DNA of 49,774 bases, from NCBI GenBank assembly GCA_027064025.1, contig JAMOQL010000120.1, forward strand, positions 1 through 49,774, read 5' to 3'. This DNA comes from Bacteroidales bacterium. GTDB taxonomy: Bacteria > Bacteroidota > Bacteroidia > Bacteroidales > JAFGXI01. Below the pieces are notes generated by a model, which saw nothing but the letters and a program-made list of their open reading frames with translations, had not been told where the DNA came from and made no database searches. The translations under genes were made by a program, and so were the position numbers. Each line of letters opens with the position of its first letter. The stretch's first letter is position 1. Shown here piece by piece: positions 25,094 to 35,837 of the stretch.

Positions 25094-25936
25094 TTAATCA
25101 AAATACTCTTCCAAAGTAAAAGTTTCTTTAGCTCTAACACCTTTGGAAGTTTCTTGTAGATTACAACATTCGTTGTATAAATCGTGCTCAAAGAATAAAA
25201 TATAATCTTTAGCAACAGCTTCTGAAAAGAACTTTTTTTTATCTTCTAAAGTTAGTAGAGGACGTGTATCGTAAGACATTACATAAGGCATTGGAATATG
25301 TGCTGTTGAAGGTAATAAATCGCCCATAAAAGCAATCGTTTTCCCATTGTAATTAACATGAGGGATAATTTGACCATCGGTATGTCCATTATAAATTCTT
25401 GCCGTAATATTAGGCAATATTTCTCCTTCGTCCTCAACCAAATTCAATTTCCCTTTTTCCATCATTGGGATAATATTCTCGGTCAGAAAAGAAGCTTTTT
25501 CTCTACGATTAGGATGTGTTGCCCACTCCCACTGTGCTTTACTTACCCAATAAGTAGCATTCTTAAAAGTAGGTTCGAGTTCGTTATTATCATTATATTT
25601 TACAGAACCTCCCACATGATCAAAATGTAAATGTGTTAAAATATTATCTGTAATATCGTCTACTGAATATCCTATTTTATTCAAAGATTTTTCGAGAGTT
25701 TCATCACCATTCAAATAATAATGTCCAAAGAATTTATCATCTTGTTTATCACCAACTCCACTATCTATTAATATTTTTCTATCTCCATCGACAATCAACA
25801 TGCAACGCATAGACCAATTACAAAGATTATTTTCGTCTGCAGGATATAATTTATTCCATATCACTTTTGGAACCACACCAAACATAGCTCCACCATCTAA
25901 TTTTAAATTTCCTGTAAGGATTGGATATATTTTCAT
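25094..25936 (-). CDS. MBL-fold metallo-hydrolase
   Basis: 280 aa with the HxHxDH motif (THLHFDHVGG) and later His/Asp ligands. Confidence 0.8.
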   Translation of the reverse strand: MKIYPILTGNLKLDGGAMFGVVPKVIWNKLYPADENNLCNWSMRCMLIVDGDRKILIDSGVGDKQDDKFFGHYYLNGDETLEKSLNKIGYSVDDITDNILTHLHFDHVGGSVKYNDNNELEPTFKNATYWVSKAQWEWATHPNRREKASFLTENIIPMMEKGKLNLVEDEGEILPNITARIYNGHTDGQIIPHVNYNGKTIAFMGDLLPSTAHIPMPYVMSYDTRPLLTLEDKKKFFSEAVAKDYILFFEHDLYNECCNLQETSKGVRAKETFTLEEYFD

Positions 25937-25960
25937 TTTAATAATATTTAATATTTGTAT

Positions 25961-27232
25961 TTACTTACTATATTTATCTCCCCAACGTTTATTAATAAGT
26001 TGTTCGGAATTTAATTCATTTGTGTTTTGAGCTGGCTGATATAAGATCGTCCCTTTAATCTGATCTGGAAAAAATTCTTGTTTTGCAAAATGTTCTGGAT
26101 AGGCATGCGAATATTTATATCCTTTGCCATAGCCCAATTCTTTCATCAACTTTGTTGGTGCATTTCTCAGACTTAAAGGCACAGGGAAATTTCCTGTTTC
26201 TTTGACCAATCGTTGAGCCTCTCCAATAGCTTGATAAGCCGAATTACTCTTGGGCGAATTGGCTAAATAAATAGTGGCTTCTGACAAAATAATTCTAGCT
26301 TCTGGTAAGCCAATTACATTAACCGACTGAAATGCTTGGTTGGCAATAAGTAGTGCATTAGGATTAGCCAAACCTATATCCTCAGCCGATAAAATAATTA
26401 ATCTACGGGCTATAAATTTAACATCTTCTCCTCCTTCAATCATTCGAGCTAACCAATAAACCGAAGCATTGGGGTCGCTCCCTCTTATCGATTTAATAAA
26501 TGCTGAAACAATATCGTAATGCATCTCTCCCCCCTTATCGTAAACCGAAATATTTTCTTGTAGAATAGACTCAACTATTTTATTATCGATTACAATTTTA
26601 TCTTTGTGGATAGAGTTAACGACCAACTCTAATATATTTAGCAATTTACGAGCATCTCCACCAGAAAACCGAAATAACGCTTCATTTTGTTTAATGTTTA
26701 TCTTCTTTTCTTTCAGCTCAATATCTTCTAGCAAAACACGAGAAAGCATTTTTTCTAAATCCGATTTTTTTAATTCCTTAAGAATATAAACTTGAGCACG
26801 TGAAAGTAATGGGGTAATGACCTCGAAAGAAGGATTCTCGGTTGTAGCTCCTATCAAAGTTATAGTGCCATCTTCCACAGCACCAAGCAATGAGTCTTGT
26901 TGTGATTTGTTGAAACGATGAATCTCATCGATAAATAATATAGGTGAATTGGTATTAAAGAACTGTGTTTTCTTAGCTTTCTCAATAACTTCTCTTACAT
27001 CTTTCACACCAGAGTTCACTGCACTTAAAGTATAAAATGGGCGATCAGAAATATTAGAAATAATTTTAGCTAAAGTCGTTTTGCCAACACCTGGAGGTCC
27101 CCAAAAAATCATAGAAGGAATAATCCCATTTTCTATATTCTTTCGTAAAGGTGAATTAGTTCCAATAATATGTTCCTGACCAATATATTGATCGAAAGAA
27201 CTGGGACGCATACGTTCTGCTAGGGGTTGCAT
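25961..27232 (-). CDS. rarA: Replication-associated recombination protein A (AAA+ ATPase RarA/MgsA)
   Basis: 423 aa with Walker A GPPGVGKTT, Walker B LFIDEIHRFNK and the MgsA C-terminal motifs (HYD..SAFIKSIRGSDP.A..YWLARM). Confidence 0.9.
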   Translation of the reverse strand: MQPLAERMRPSSFDQYIGQEHIIGTNSPLRKNIENGIIPSMIFWGPPGVGKTTLAKIISNISDRPFYTLSAVNSGVKDVREVIEKAKKTQFFNTNSPILFIDEIHRFNKSQQDSLLGAVEDGTITLIGATTENPSFEVITPLLSRAQVYILKELKKSDLEKMLSRVLLEDIELKEKKINIKQNEALFRFSGGDARKLLNILELVVNSIHKDKIVIDNKIVESILQENISVYDKGGEMHYDIVSAFIKSIRGSDPNASVYWLARMIEGGEDVKFIARRLIILSAEDIGLANPNALLIANQAFQSVNVIGLPEARIILSEATIYLANSPKSNSAYQAIGEAQRLVKETGNFPVPLSLRNAPTKLMKELGYGKGYKYSHAYPEHFAKQEFFPDQIKGTILYQPAQNTNELNSEQLINKRWGDKYSK

Positions 27233-27250
27233 TAAAAACTATTTTTTAAA

Positions 27251-27910
27251 TTACCAAGCTCCCATTCTAGAACCAAACATTGATGAACTACCCATTACAC
27301 CAATACCTCTTGCCGACTGCATTTGCATATTTTGCATTGGAGTGGCCTCTCTCATTTGAAATTCAAATTGTAAGGAAGCGTGTTCACCTATTTTATATTC
27401 AAAACCAATTTGATAAGCTTTTGGTCTGTGCATATTTTTAGATTCTGTTGGAATATTTGCTCCCATAAAATCCATATTCTCTGTTCCTACCATCACGCCT
27501 CCGTAGACTCTCAATTTCTCGGAGAGTTGATACGCTCCTTGCAAAGTAAAGTATGCTGAGGTTCCCGAGTAATTCATATTCTGAACTTGCCCTTCGTAAT
27601 AATTATAAAAAGTATAATTATTATAATTGGAATGTACTGCCATTAAACCCATCGAAACAGTGAATTTAGGCGTTAATTGATATGATATTGTTGGATTTAC
27701 ATAAGTATTGAATGCATAATTATTCTGCCCAGAAGACATTATCGAGCTTCCTAGAGTAATATTGGTAAAAATCTTTTTCTTAGCAGTATCTACCTTTGTT
27801 TTTGATGTTTGCACATCATACTCATCTTCCTGAATAAAACTTTCTGAATATTGTGCAAAAGTTAGACTTGAAGAAAAAACAATAATTAAAATGATATTAA
27901 AATATCTCAT
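27251..27910 (-). CDS. Putative outer-membrane beta-barrel protein
   Basis: 219 aa with signal peptide ..SSLTFAQ, alternating aromatic/polar beta-strand-like pattern and a Met/Gly-rich C-terminus. Function is unknown. Confidence 0.55.
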   Translation of the reverse strand: MRYFNIILIIVFSSSLTFAQYSESFIQEDEYDVQTSKTKVDTAKKKIFTNITLGSSIMSSGQNNYAFNTYVNPTISYQLTPKFTVSMGLMAVHSNYNNYTFYNYYEGQVQNMNYSGTSAYFTLQGAYQLSEKLRVYGGVMVGTENMDFMGANIPTESKNMHRPKAYQIGFEYKIGEHASLQFEFQMREATPMQNMQMQSARGIGVMGSSSMFGSRMGAW

Positions 27911-28008
27911 CTTGTAAAAATACTAAATTTATTGTGATTTTTGAATTCGTAAACTAAATTTAAGTTCTTTTAAGATTCTTAAATATAAACTCAGCTAAAG
28001 GTAAAAGG

Positions 28009-28755
28009 CTATTTAATCTTACGCTTTGCAATATTTCGAACGTAAATAAGTTTAGATCTTCCATTCTGAGTTTCTCTTTGCTCAATTTCAAACTTACCTG
28101 TGGACTTAATTAAAGGCGTTAATTTTTGAAATCCATAGTTTCTTGGATCAAAATTCGGTTGTTTTTTTTGTAATAGACTTCCTACATCACCTAAAAACGC
28201 CCAGCCTTCATCATCTGATAAATCAATAATTGTTGATACAATTAATTTAATCTCTTTTGTAGATATTTTCTCAAATGACTCCTTGTTTGCTTCCTTTTCA
28301 TCTTCAGATTCTTTCTCTTTAGATTTTATTTTAAGAATCTCGATATAGATAAATTTATCGCAAGCTACAATAAAAGGATTTGGAGTCTTTTTTTCTCCAA
28401 TTCCAATAACTTGCATACCCGCTTCTCTTAAACGTGTAGCCAGCCTCGTAAAATCACTATCGCTTGATACTAAACAGAATCCATTTACTTTTCCTGAATA
28501 TAATATATCCATAGCGTCAATAATCATCGCCGAATCGGTCGCATTCTTTCCTGTTGTATATCCATATTGCTGAATAGGAGTAATCGCATTTTCTAAAAGA
28601 ACATTTTTCCATTTCGATAAATTAGGTTTAGTCCAATCACCATAGATTCTTTTGATAGTTGGATTTCCATATTTTGCAATTTCCTCCATCATTTCTTTCA
28701 CAAATGCCGATGGTATATTATCACCATCAATTAACACAGCTAGATTCATATTCAT
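28009..28755 (-). CDS. NYN-domain (LabA-like) protein with a C-terminal OST-HTH/LOTUS domain
   Basis: 248 aa. NYN-like N-terminus LAVLIDGDN..YGDW...VSSDSDF. LOTUS-like C-terminus GWAFLGDVGSLL..P.FDPRNYGF.KL..LI. Confidence 0.7.
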   Translation of the reverse strand: MNMNLAVLIDGDNIPSAFVKEMMEEIAKYGNPTIKRIYGDWTKPNLSKWKNVLLENAITPIQQYGYTTGKNATDSAMIIDAMDILYSGKVNGFCLVSSDSDFTRLATRLREAGMQVIGIGEKKTPNPFIVACDKFIYIEILKIKSKEKESEDEKEANKESFEKISTKEIKLIVSTIIDLSDDEGWAFLGDVGSLLQKKQPNFDPRNYGFQKLTPLIKSTGKFEIEQRETQNGRSKLIYVRNIAKRKIK

Positions 28756-28782
28756 TGGTTTAATTTGAGTAAAACATTATAA

Positions 28783-30840
28783 TTATTCAACTACATCAGG
28801 GATATAACGAGTTGATAGAACTTTAAATTCAGTACGCCGATTAATTTGATTAGCCTCTTCTTTCAATGCCTTTGTTTTTTCATCATCTTCACCTTTTAAA
28901 GCATCAATAAACTCTGGGCTAAGAATATCTCCCAATTTAAACGATGAGCTTTCTGCAATTTTTTGTGTTACAATCTGAGGAACTGTTTCGCCATAACCTT
29001 TTGCTGTTAATCTATCAGCTTGAATGCCTTTTGATATTAAAAAATCGACAACAGATTGTGCTCTTTTTTGTGATAAGATAATGTTTGAAGCATCATTACC
29101 TATCATATCGGTATGTGCTCCCAACTCAATAGTAATATTAGGATTATCTGTTAATATAGTAACCAATTTCTCTAATTCCTTCTTTGAGCTCTCTGTTAAA
29201 ACCCATTTTCCAAACTCGTAAAAAGTATTGTCTAATTTTATTGGTTCGCCTAATTTAGCAATGCTTATCTCTTGTTTAAAATGCTTAGTATCATCCAAAT
29301 CCATTGTTGATGCAGAGCCTTTTCCAAATAAATAACCATTTTTCTTAATCAAATAAATATAATCAACGTCCTTTTTAAGAACGTATTTAAATCGCCCTTC
29401 AGCACCTGTTTTAATAGTCATTTCCGATCCATCATCACCATATATTTCTACGACAGCTTCGTTAATAAAATCTCCAGTTGACGCATCTGTAATAATTCCT
29501 GTTAAAGAAAATTCCATTACAGGTAGCACAAAAGCATAAATATCGTCTAAGCCTCTAGATTTAATAATTATAGGGTCTGAATCTCCATTCGGGATTTCTG
29601 TAATTTTACGAGACGATGTAAACATACCATCTTCTGAGCCTTCTTTAAAAGTAATAGCAAAATCATCGGCCGAGGAATTCATCGGGAATTTCATATTATA
29701 AATCGCCCACGAATCTCCTTTAGGGATAGCTCTAAAGATATCTAGCCCTCCCATTCCTGGATGATAATCTGAGGCAAAGTATAGCATCCCATTATCTCTA
29801 ATAAAAGGGTACAATTCGTTGCCTACCGTATTAATTTCAGGACCCATATTAATAGGTTCTCCAAATGCACCACTCGAACTTTCTCGTTCTACTTTCCAAA
29901 TATCTCTTCCTCCGTATCCACCAGGCATGTCCGATGCAAAATAAAGCGTCTTACCATCTTTAGATATTGAAGGCTGCCCTACAGATAAACTATCTGCAAC
30001 AATTGGAACATATTCTGCAGAGGTAAAAAACTCTCCAGGTTTACGCTTTCCTTCATAAATTTGGCAACCTAAATAAACATTTTTAACAGTCCTACATCTC
30101 GTAAAATACATAGAATTATAGTCTGCCGAAAAAGATGGGGAACCGTCGTCATATTTAGAGTTAATAGTATCATTTAAAGCCTTCACTTCTTCCCATTCCA
30201 TAGCTCTATTTTGATAAACTTCGAAAATATTTGTAAAATATTGACCTGTAACTTTATTTATCTTTGAGAATCCATCACGCTCACGACCAGACGTAAAAAC
30301 CACTTCGGTTCCTAAAGCATTTCCATAAGTCGATGAGAAATCACTTTCTCTAGAATTAATTTTTTTTAAATTCTCAATTTTATACCTAGTCGGATGCTTC
30401 ATCCATTCCGAAGAAACTTCGCAAGAACGTATCCCCATTTTCGTTAATGAATCGTTAGGCACTTTTTCGCTGTATTTTTTGTATTGAACAAGTGCCTCAT
30501 CGTATTTCATAACTGTTTGCAACATATTAGCATAGTAGTAAATTGAAATTGGATCCCAATAACCTTTATTTATTGCAGATTTATATCGAGCAGCAGCTTT
30601 TTTGTAATTCAAAGTCATTCTTTGAATCTGTGCTCGTTGAAACATTATATAAGCTTTTTCTTGCTTACTTTCAGCTTTAGAATAAGCCCCTTTATATAAA
30701 TCTAAGGCCTTTAATAGCTCATTAGTTTCGTATACAGCATCAGCTTTAAGCGTTTTCTTTGTTTTATTAAAATCCTGAGCATCAAGATTTAAACTGATAA
30801 TTATTAAAAATAATATTAAGCTTAAAATTCTATTCATCAA
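28783..30840 (-). CDS. OmpA-family protein (TPR, PD40/TolB-like repeats, CarboxypepD_reg-like and OmpA peptidoglycan-binding domains)
   Basis: 685 aa with a signal peptide, TPR-like N-terminus and repeated PD40-like S.DG..LYFASD motifs. The C-terminal OmpA motif is ELGAHTDMIGNDASNIILSQKRAQSV..GYGE. Confidence 0.85.
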   Translation of the reverse strand: MMNRILSLILFLIIISLNLDAQDFNKTKKTLKADAVYETNELLKALDLYKGAYSKAESKQEKAYIMFQRAQIQRMTLNYKKAAARYKSAINKGYWDPISIYYYANMLQTVMKYDEALVQYKKYSEKVPNDSLTKMGIRSCEVSSEWMKHPTRYKIENLKKINSRESDFSSTYGNALGTEVVFTSGRERDGFSKINKVTGQYFTNIFEVYQNRAMEWEEVKALNDTINSKYDDGSPSFSADYNSMYFTRCRTVKNVYLGCQIYEGKRKPGEFFTSAEYVPIVADSLSVGQPSISKDGKTLYFASDMPGGYGGRDIWKVERESSSGAFGEPINMGPEINTVGNELYPFIRDNGMLYFASDYHPGMGGLDIFRAIPKGDSWAIYNMKFPMNSSADDFAITFKEGSEDGMFTSSRKITEIPNGDSDPIIIKSRGLDDIYAFVLPVMEFSLTGIITDASTGDFINEAVVEIYGDDGSEMTIKTGAEGRFKYVLKKDVDYIYLIKKNGYLFGKGSASTMDLDDTKHFKQEISIAKLGEPIKLDNTFYEFGKWVLTESSKKELEKLVTILTDNPNITIELGAHTDMIGNDASNIILSQKRAQSVVDFLISKGIQADRLTAKGYGETVPQIVTQKIAESSSFKLGDILSPEFIDALKGEDDEKTKALKEEANQINRRTEFKVLSTRYIPDVVE

Positions 30841-30997
30841 AACGTTTTTCTTGAGTTATAAACGAAAGTATATTATTAATATTGTTCTGTCACAAAATAA
30901 CAACAGTTAGGCGAATTACAAAGCTATTTCTTAAAAAAAAATCACATCTAAATTGGTATTATATTTCAAGAATAAGCTCCTTAACAGAATAAGTTTG

Positions 30998-31005
30998 TAT
31001 TTTTG
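30998..31005 (+). promoter_or_regulatory. -7 box candidate (TATTTTTG) for the TonB-dependent receptor gene
   Basis: Matches TAnnTTTG and lies 34 nt upstream of the GTG start at 31039. Confidence 0.35.
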
Positions 31006-31038
31006 GCGTTTATTATCAAATAAACAAAAATTATTTCA

Positions 31039-33459
31039 GTGTTGAGATTACCACTTCTTCTTTCTATTTTCCTATTTAACTTATCTGTTTTTGCTCAAAA
31101 TACAGCAACTATTTATGGTAAAGTCAGAACAGACAAAGGCTTAGGCATCGACCTTGTAAACATTGCTATTCAAGGGCTACCAGGAGGAACTATGACCGAT
31201 GATAAAGGGAATTATAGTCTTAATATTCCAGCAGATACAAATTTAACACTCATTTTCTCACATATTGAATATCATACCGTAAAAAAAACAATTAAGGTTT
31301 CTAAAGGTAAAAAATTTAAACTCCATATTAAAGCAACAAGAAATATTACTACCCTTAAAACCGTGGATATCAGAAATGATGAAAAAAGACAAACTAATAT
31401 TATCCGATTAAATCCTAAAGTTATTTCCTCTATACCTAATTCTTCTGGAGGAATTGAAGCCTTAATAAAAACACTTCCCGGAGTTGTTTCTAACAACGAG
31501 TTAAGTTCGCAATACTCGGTTCGTGGAGGAAATTTTGACGAGAATCTAATTTATGTTAATGATATTGAAATCTATAAACCTCAATTAATTCGGTCGGGAG
31601 AACAAGAAGGATTAAGTTTTGTGAATACAGATATGGTTGAATCTGTTTCTTTTTCGGCAGGTGGATTCGAAGCTAAATATGGAGATAAAATGTCTTCTGT
31701 TTTAGATATTAAATATAAACGCCCCAAACAATTTGGAGCTACCGTTTCTGCAAGTCTTCTAGGAGGGTCAATACATGTAGCTGGCAGCGATAAGTCAAGG
31801 CGATTTACGCACTCTACAGGAGTAAGATATAAAACCTCTCGGTATTTACTTAGTTCTCTTGATACTAAAGGCGAATACACCCCTTCATATTTTGATTTTC
31901 AAACTTATTTGAGTTATGATATCAACGAAAATAATCAAATTGGGTTCCTAGGAAATATGGCCAGAAACTCGTATCAACTTGTGCCACAGAGTAGGGAGAC
32001 ATCTTTTGGAACAGTGAACGAAGCATTAGGACTAAACATATATTTCGAAGGTCAAGAAATTGATTTATACAACACACTACTAGGTGCTTTTACGTACGAA
32101 TATCATAAGAAAGATCTAAAACTAAAATGGATTGCTTCTACTTTTTACACGCAAGAAAGAGAGGCATACGATATTTTAGGACAATATTATTTGAATGAAT
32201 TAAACAAACAAATTGGTTCAGACAATTTAGGTGACAGCCTTATGAACATTGGCATAGGATCGTACCTTGACCATGCAAGAAATTCTTTTGATGCTTTAGT
32301 TTCGAGCATTAAACATATTGGAGAGAAAAAAATTGATGAGCACACTTTACATTGGGGTGCAAAATTTCAACACGAAGAAATTAAGGATAAAATGAACGAA
32401 TGGCAAATTAGAGATTCGGCAGGATATTCGATGCCTTTCCCTGACACTGTGGGATATAGACCAAACTACGTACCTATTTTCAGAAATATAAACTCCAACA
32501 ACACTTTAATGAGTAATCGTATTACAGCGCATTTTCAAGACACTTATCAATACGAGAAAGATTCTACATTAATGTTCTTAACTGTTGGTATTAGAGGTAA
32601 TTATTGGGATTACAATCAACAGTTTTTTGCTACTCCTCGAATGACTTATGCTATTAAACCCAATTGGAAAAAAGATTATTTATTTCGCTTTAGTTTAGGA
32701 GCTTATTATCAGCCACCATTTTTTAAAGAATTTAGATCTCTTGATGGTAGATTAAATAAAAATATCAGAGCCCAAGAGTCCTATCATGCTGTATTAGCAA
32801 GCGATTACAATTTTCATCTTTGGCAACGACCTTTTAAATTTGTTTCGGAAGTATATTATAAATATTTAAATAATTTAATCCCATATACGGTCGATAATGT
32901 GATGATTAGATATTATCCAAATCAAACTGCCAAGGGCTATTCGACAGGAGTCGATTTTAGAATTTTTGGAGAATTTGTCCCAGGTGTCGACTCGTGGGCT
33001 AGTCTTTCGTTTATGAAATCGGAAGAAGATATTTTGAACGATGGACACGGATTTATACCAAGACCAACCGACCAAAGGTTCAATGCTTCAATATTTTTTC
33101 AGGATTATCTTCCTAAATTTCCAAATTTCAAGGTTCACCTTACCCTTTTTTATGGAACAGGAATGCCCTTTGGGCCTCCTAATTCTGAGCGATATATGCA
33201 AACAGCACGAATCCCTGATTACTTCCGTACAGATATTGGTTTTACAGCTATTCTAAAAAATCAAAAAACTAAATTATCTAAAAATAGTTTCTTCAGAAAT
33301 TTCAAATCCATATTTCTAACTGCAGAAATTTTTAACATGATGAACAAAAACAATACTGTTTCTTACGTTTGGGTTACTGATATTCAGAATCGACAATATG
33401 CTGTTCCTAATTATTTAACAGGAATTCGATTAAATGTAAAATTAACTTTTAAGTTTTAA
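31039..33459 (+). CDS. TonB-dependent receptor with N-terminal CarboxypepD_reg-like domain
   Basis: 806 aa with a GTG start and signal peptide ..LSVFAQ. It has a CarboxypepD_reg-like block (IYGKV..D.KGNYSL), a plug region, a long beta-barrel and a C-terminal aromatic residue (..LTFKF). Confidence 0.85.
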   Translation: MLRLPLLLSIFLFNLSVFAQNTATIYGKVRTDKGLGIDLVNIAIQGLPGGTMTDDKGNYSLNIPADTNLTLIFSHIEYHTVKKTIKVSKGKKFKLHIKATRNITTLKTVDIRNDEKRQTNIIRLNPKVISSIPNSSGGIEALIKTLPGVVSNNELSSQYSVRGGNFDENLIYVNDIEIYKPQLIRSGEQEGLSFVNTDMVESVSFSAGGFEAKYGDKMSSVLDIKYKRPKQFGATVSASLLGGSIHVAGSDKSRRFTHSTGVRYKTSRYLLSSLDTKGEYTPSYFDFQTYLSYDINENNQIGFLGNMARNSYQLVPQSRETSFGTVNEALGLNIYFEGQEIDLYNTLLGAFTYEYHKKDLKLKWIASTFYTQEREAYDILGQYYLNELNKQIGSDNLGDSLMNIGIGSYLDHARNSFDALVSSIKHIGEKKIDEHTLHWGAKFQHEEIKDKMNEWQIRDSAGYSMPFPDTVGYRPNYVPIFRNINSNNTLMSNRITAHFQDTYQYEKDSTLMFLTVGIRGNYWDYNQQFFATPRMTYAIKPNWKKDYLFRFSLGAYYQPPFFKEFRSLDGRLNKNIRAQESYHAVLASDYNFHLWQRPFKFVSEVYYKYLNNLIPYTVDNVMIRYYPNQTAKGYSTGVDFRIFGEFVPGVDSWASLSFMKSEEDILNDGHGFIPRPTDQRFNASIFFQDYLPKFPNFKVHLTLFYGTGMPFGPPNSERYMQTARIPDYFRTDIGFTAILKNQKTKLSKNSFFRNFKSIFLTAEIFNMMNKNNTVSYVWVTDIQNRQYAVPNYLTGIRLNVKLTFKF

Positions 33460-33520
33460 TCCCTCCTTTTCTTATTTACAATTATTACATTTGTTCTTTA
33501 AATATAAAATTATTGTTTAG

Positions 33521-34696
33521 GTGATAAAAGTTTTACATATTGTCAATCGTTTTAATCTTGGTGGACACGTGTTCAAACCTTTATATCTATCAAAATATTT
33601 ACCTTCGGAATACCAAACCTTAGTAATTGGAGGCGTACATACCGAAGAGGAAGAAAGCAGCGAGTTTTTACTAAAAAAAGAAGGTATTAAATATATTGTA
33701 ATTCCTGAAATGAGTCGCTCTATTAGTTTTTCTGAAGATTTGAAAGCTTATCGGAAAATTAAAAAAATCATTCGAGAATTCCAACCCGATATTATTCACA
33801 CACACGCTTCTAAAGCAGGATTATTAGGAAGAATTGCAGCCTTCACAGGAAAAAAAGTTGTTACTATTCATACCTTTCACGGGCATGTTTTCCATTCCTA
33901 TTTTGGCTGGTTTAAGACAACTATTTTTAAATCTATCGAGAAATTATTAGCTTATAAAACCACAGCCATAATTGCGGTAAGTAAATTACAAAAAGATGAT
34001 TTATGTGAAAAATTCAATGTGGTTTCCGAAAAGAAAACTTATGTGGTTCCAATTGGCTTAGACCTTGAAAAATTCCGTACTCAACTCGATACTAAAAGAA
34101 TTGATTTCAGACAAAAATATAGAATCGAAGATGATGAAATTGTGATTTCTATTATTGGAAGATTAGTGCCCATTAAAAACCACCATTTATTAATCGAATC
34201 TTTTGCTAAACTGAAACAGATTAGTTTAAAAAAAGTTAAATTGGTTATTGTTGGTGATGGCGATCTAAAAACTGAATTAATGGACCTTTCAGCCCAAAAA
34301 GGATTATCTATTCAAAATAAGGAAACGAATGGCGATGTACTCTTTACCTCGTGGATAAAGGAAGTCGATTACGTCTATGCAGGTTCGGAAATAATCACTT
34401 TAAGCTCGCATAACGAGGGCACTCCTGTTGCCATAATCGAGGCACAAGTGGCCAAAAAAGCAATTGTTTCAACCAATGCAGGAGGGACTTCCGATATTTT
34501 AAGGGACTCTAAGTTTCATAGAATCTCAGAAAAAAACATCGAAGATTTCACACAAAATTTAAATGAAATCGTAGAGCTTGTTGCTGAAAATACTGAAATG
34601 GACAATACTAATCAAGAAAAAACATTAAAAGAATTCTCTTACCAAACCATGGTCAAGCGAATGGATATTTTATATAAAAAGCTGCTTAATTCTTAA
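33521..34696 (+). CDS. Family 4 glycosyltransferase
   Basis: 391 aa with a GTG start. GT-B/GT4 layout with IKVLHIVNRFNLGG at the N-terminus and the EGTPVAIIEAQ..KKAIVSTNAGG motif. Confidence 0.8.
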   Translation: MIKVLHIVNRFNLGGHVFKPLYLSKYLPSEYQTLVIGGVHTEEEESSEFLLKKEGIKYIVIPEMSRSISFSEDLKAYRKIKKIIREFQPDIIHTHASKAGLLGRIAAFTGKKVVTIHTFHGHVFHSYFGWFKTTIFKSIEKLLAYKTTAIIAVSKLQKDDLCEKFNVVSEKKTYVVPIGLDLEKFRTQLDTKRIDFRQKYRIEDDEIVISIIGRLVPIKNHHLLIESFAKLKQISLKKVKLVIVGDGDLKTELMDLSAQKGLSIQNKETNGDVLFTSWIKEVDYVYAGSEIITLSSHNEGTPVAIIEAQVAKKAIVSTNAGGTSDILRDSKFHRISEKNIEDFTQNLNEIVELVAENTEMDNTNQEKTLKEFSYQTMVKRMDILYKKLLNS

Positions 34697-35837
34697 AAAA
34701 TTGTAAGGCTCTCAAGCTAACAATAAATACGTTTTTATAATAAAATTTAATAATCTCTTTATAGCTGTAATCTTGTTTATCCATAGCCATTGCACCTTCT
34801 TGCGAGAGACCAACTCCATGTCCGTATCCACGACCGTTCAGAACAATGTTCCCATTTATAAAATCTACACTAAATAAAGTCGATTTTAATTTAAATGCAG
34901 ACCGAATCCTTGTGTATGCAATAGAATCATCACCAAATCTATAATATTTCTCTCGCTTATAAGTTTTAGTAATAAAATCGTTACCCGAAATAGTAGAGCT
35001 AATCTTAAAGCCATTCCTTTTTAAATAAGAAATCCAATTATTATAAGAAATTGTTCTGGTCCATGTATAATTATTTCCACCAATACTAAAGGCATCTGGA
35101 ACTGACCGCAAATAACTTCTGGGCTGTGACCACACATTCTCCGAGGCACAGGTTTGTCCACCACTATTCGAGTAAAAAGCTGCAGTAATTAGACTTAATG
35201 AGGTGTCAACAATTACCAAACCTTTGGTTATACTTGTGGCTTCAACAATTAAATCGCTATGATTTGCACGTCCTTTATATGCCTGACAATGAACATCATC
35301 GCAAAGATTAAATCCATCAGCATCGTGTTTATGAAAATTTTCGAGTGCGTATGTCCTACACAAAATAGCTTGAGTTTTATAATATTCTTTTCCTGCATGA
35401 ACTCCGCCCTCACTCTCTACAACTCCAGCAATATAATTTTCTAAATTAACAACATTTATCATTCTAATTTTTCCTGCAACTACATCGAGTACAAAATCAT
35501 CTTCGTACTCTCTAGCTCTAAGTTTTGGATTATTAGCTTTAATTCTCAGAGTATTAAAAGATTGTTGTCCTTTAAATTGAATTTTTTTATATGACCCAAT
35601 AACTCCAGATATCGTCTTAACTTGAATTTTTTGATTAATTAATGTTAAATAAACAATCGAATTAGCATTTAACACTATCGTTTTATTATTATCTGCAATC
35701 ATTTTATATTGACCAAAAACTGGAGATATTAAAGCCGATTTGAGTTTGTATTTATGAAACAAACCAATATTAATATCCTGAGAAAAACTTCCTAGATAAA
35801 GAATGATAGATAATATGATGGTAATAATATTCTTCAA
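34686..35837 (-). CDS. SpoIID/LytB-domain protein
   Basis: 383 aa with an apparent TTG start directly abutting the lpxB stop. It has a signal peptide and the SpoIID motifs AQAILCRTYA, CDDVHCQAYKG, FYSNSGGQT and GHGVGLSQEGA. Confidence 0.8.
   Translation of the reverse strand: MKNIITIILSIILYLGSFSQDINIGLFHKYKLKSALISPVFGQYKMIADNNKTIVLNANSIVYLTLINQKIQVKTISGVIGSYKKIQFKGQQSFNTLRIKANNPKLRAREYEDDFVLDVVAGKIRMINVVNLENYIAGVVESEGGVHAGKEYYKTQAILCRTYALENFHKHDADGFNLCDDVHCQAYKGRANHSDLIVEATSITKGLVIVDTSLSLITAAFYSNSGGQTCASENVWSQPRSYLRSVPDAFSIGGNNYTWTRTISYNNWISYLKRNGFKISSTISGNDFITKTYKREKYYRFGDDSIAYTRIRSAFKLKSTLFSVDFINGNIVLNGRGYGHGVGLSQEGAMAMDKQDYSYKEIIKFYYKNVFIVSLRALQFFKN

Noticed and set aside
34686-34696. 11-nt overlap of the convergent 3' ends of the GT4 and SpoIID genes with no terminator between them
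   Set aside because: Convergent stop-codon overlaps are common in compact genomes. No hairpin or extra element is present, so nothing further can be supported.
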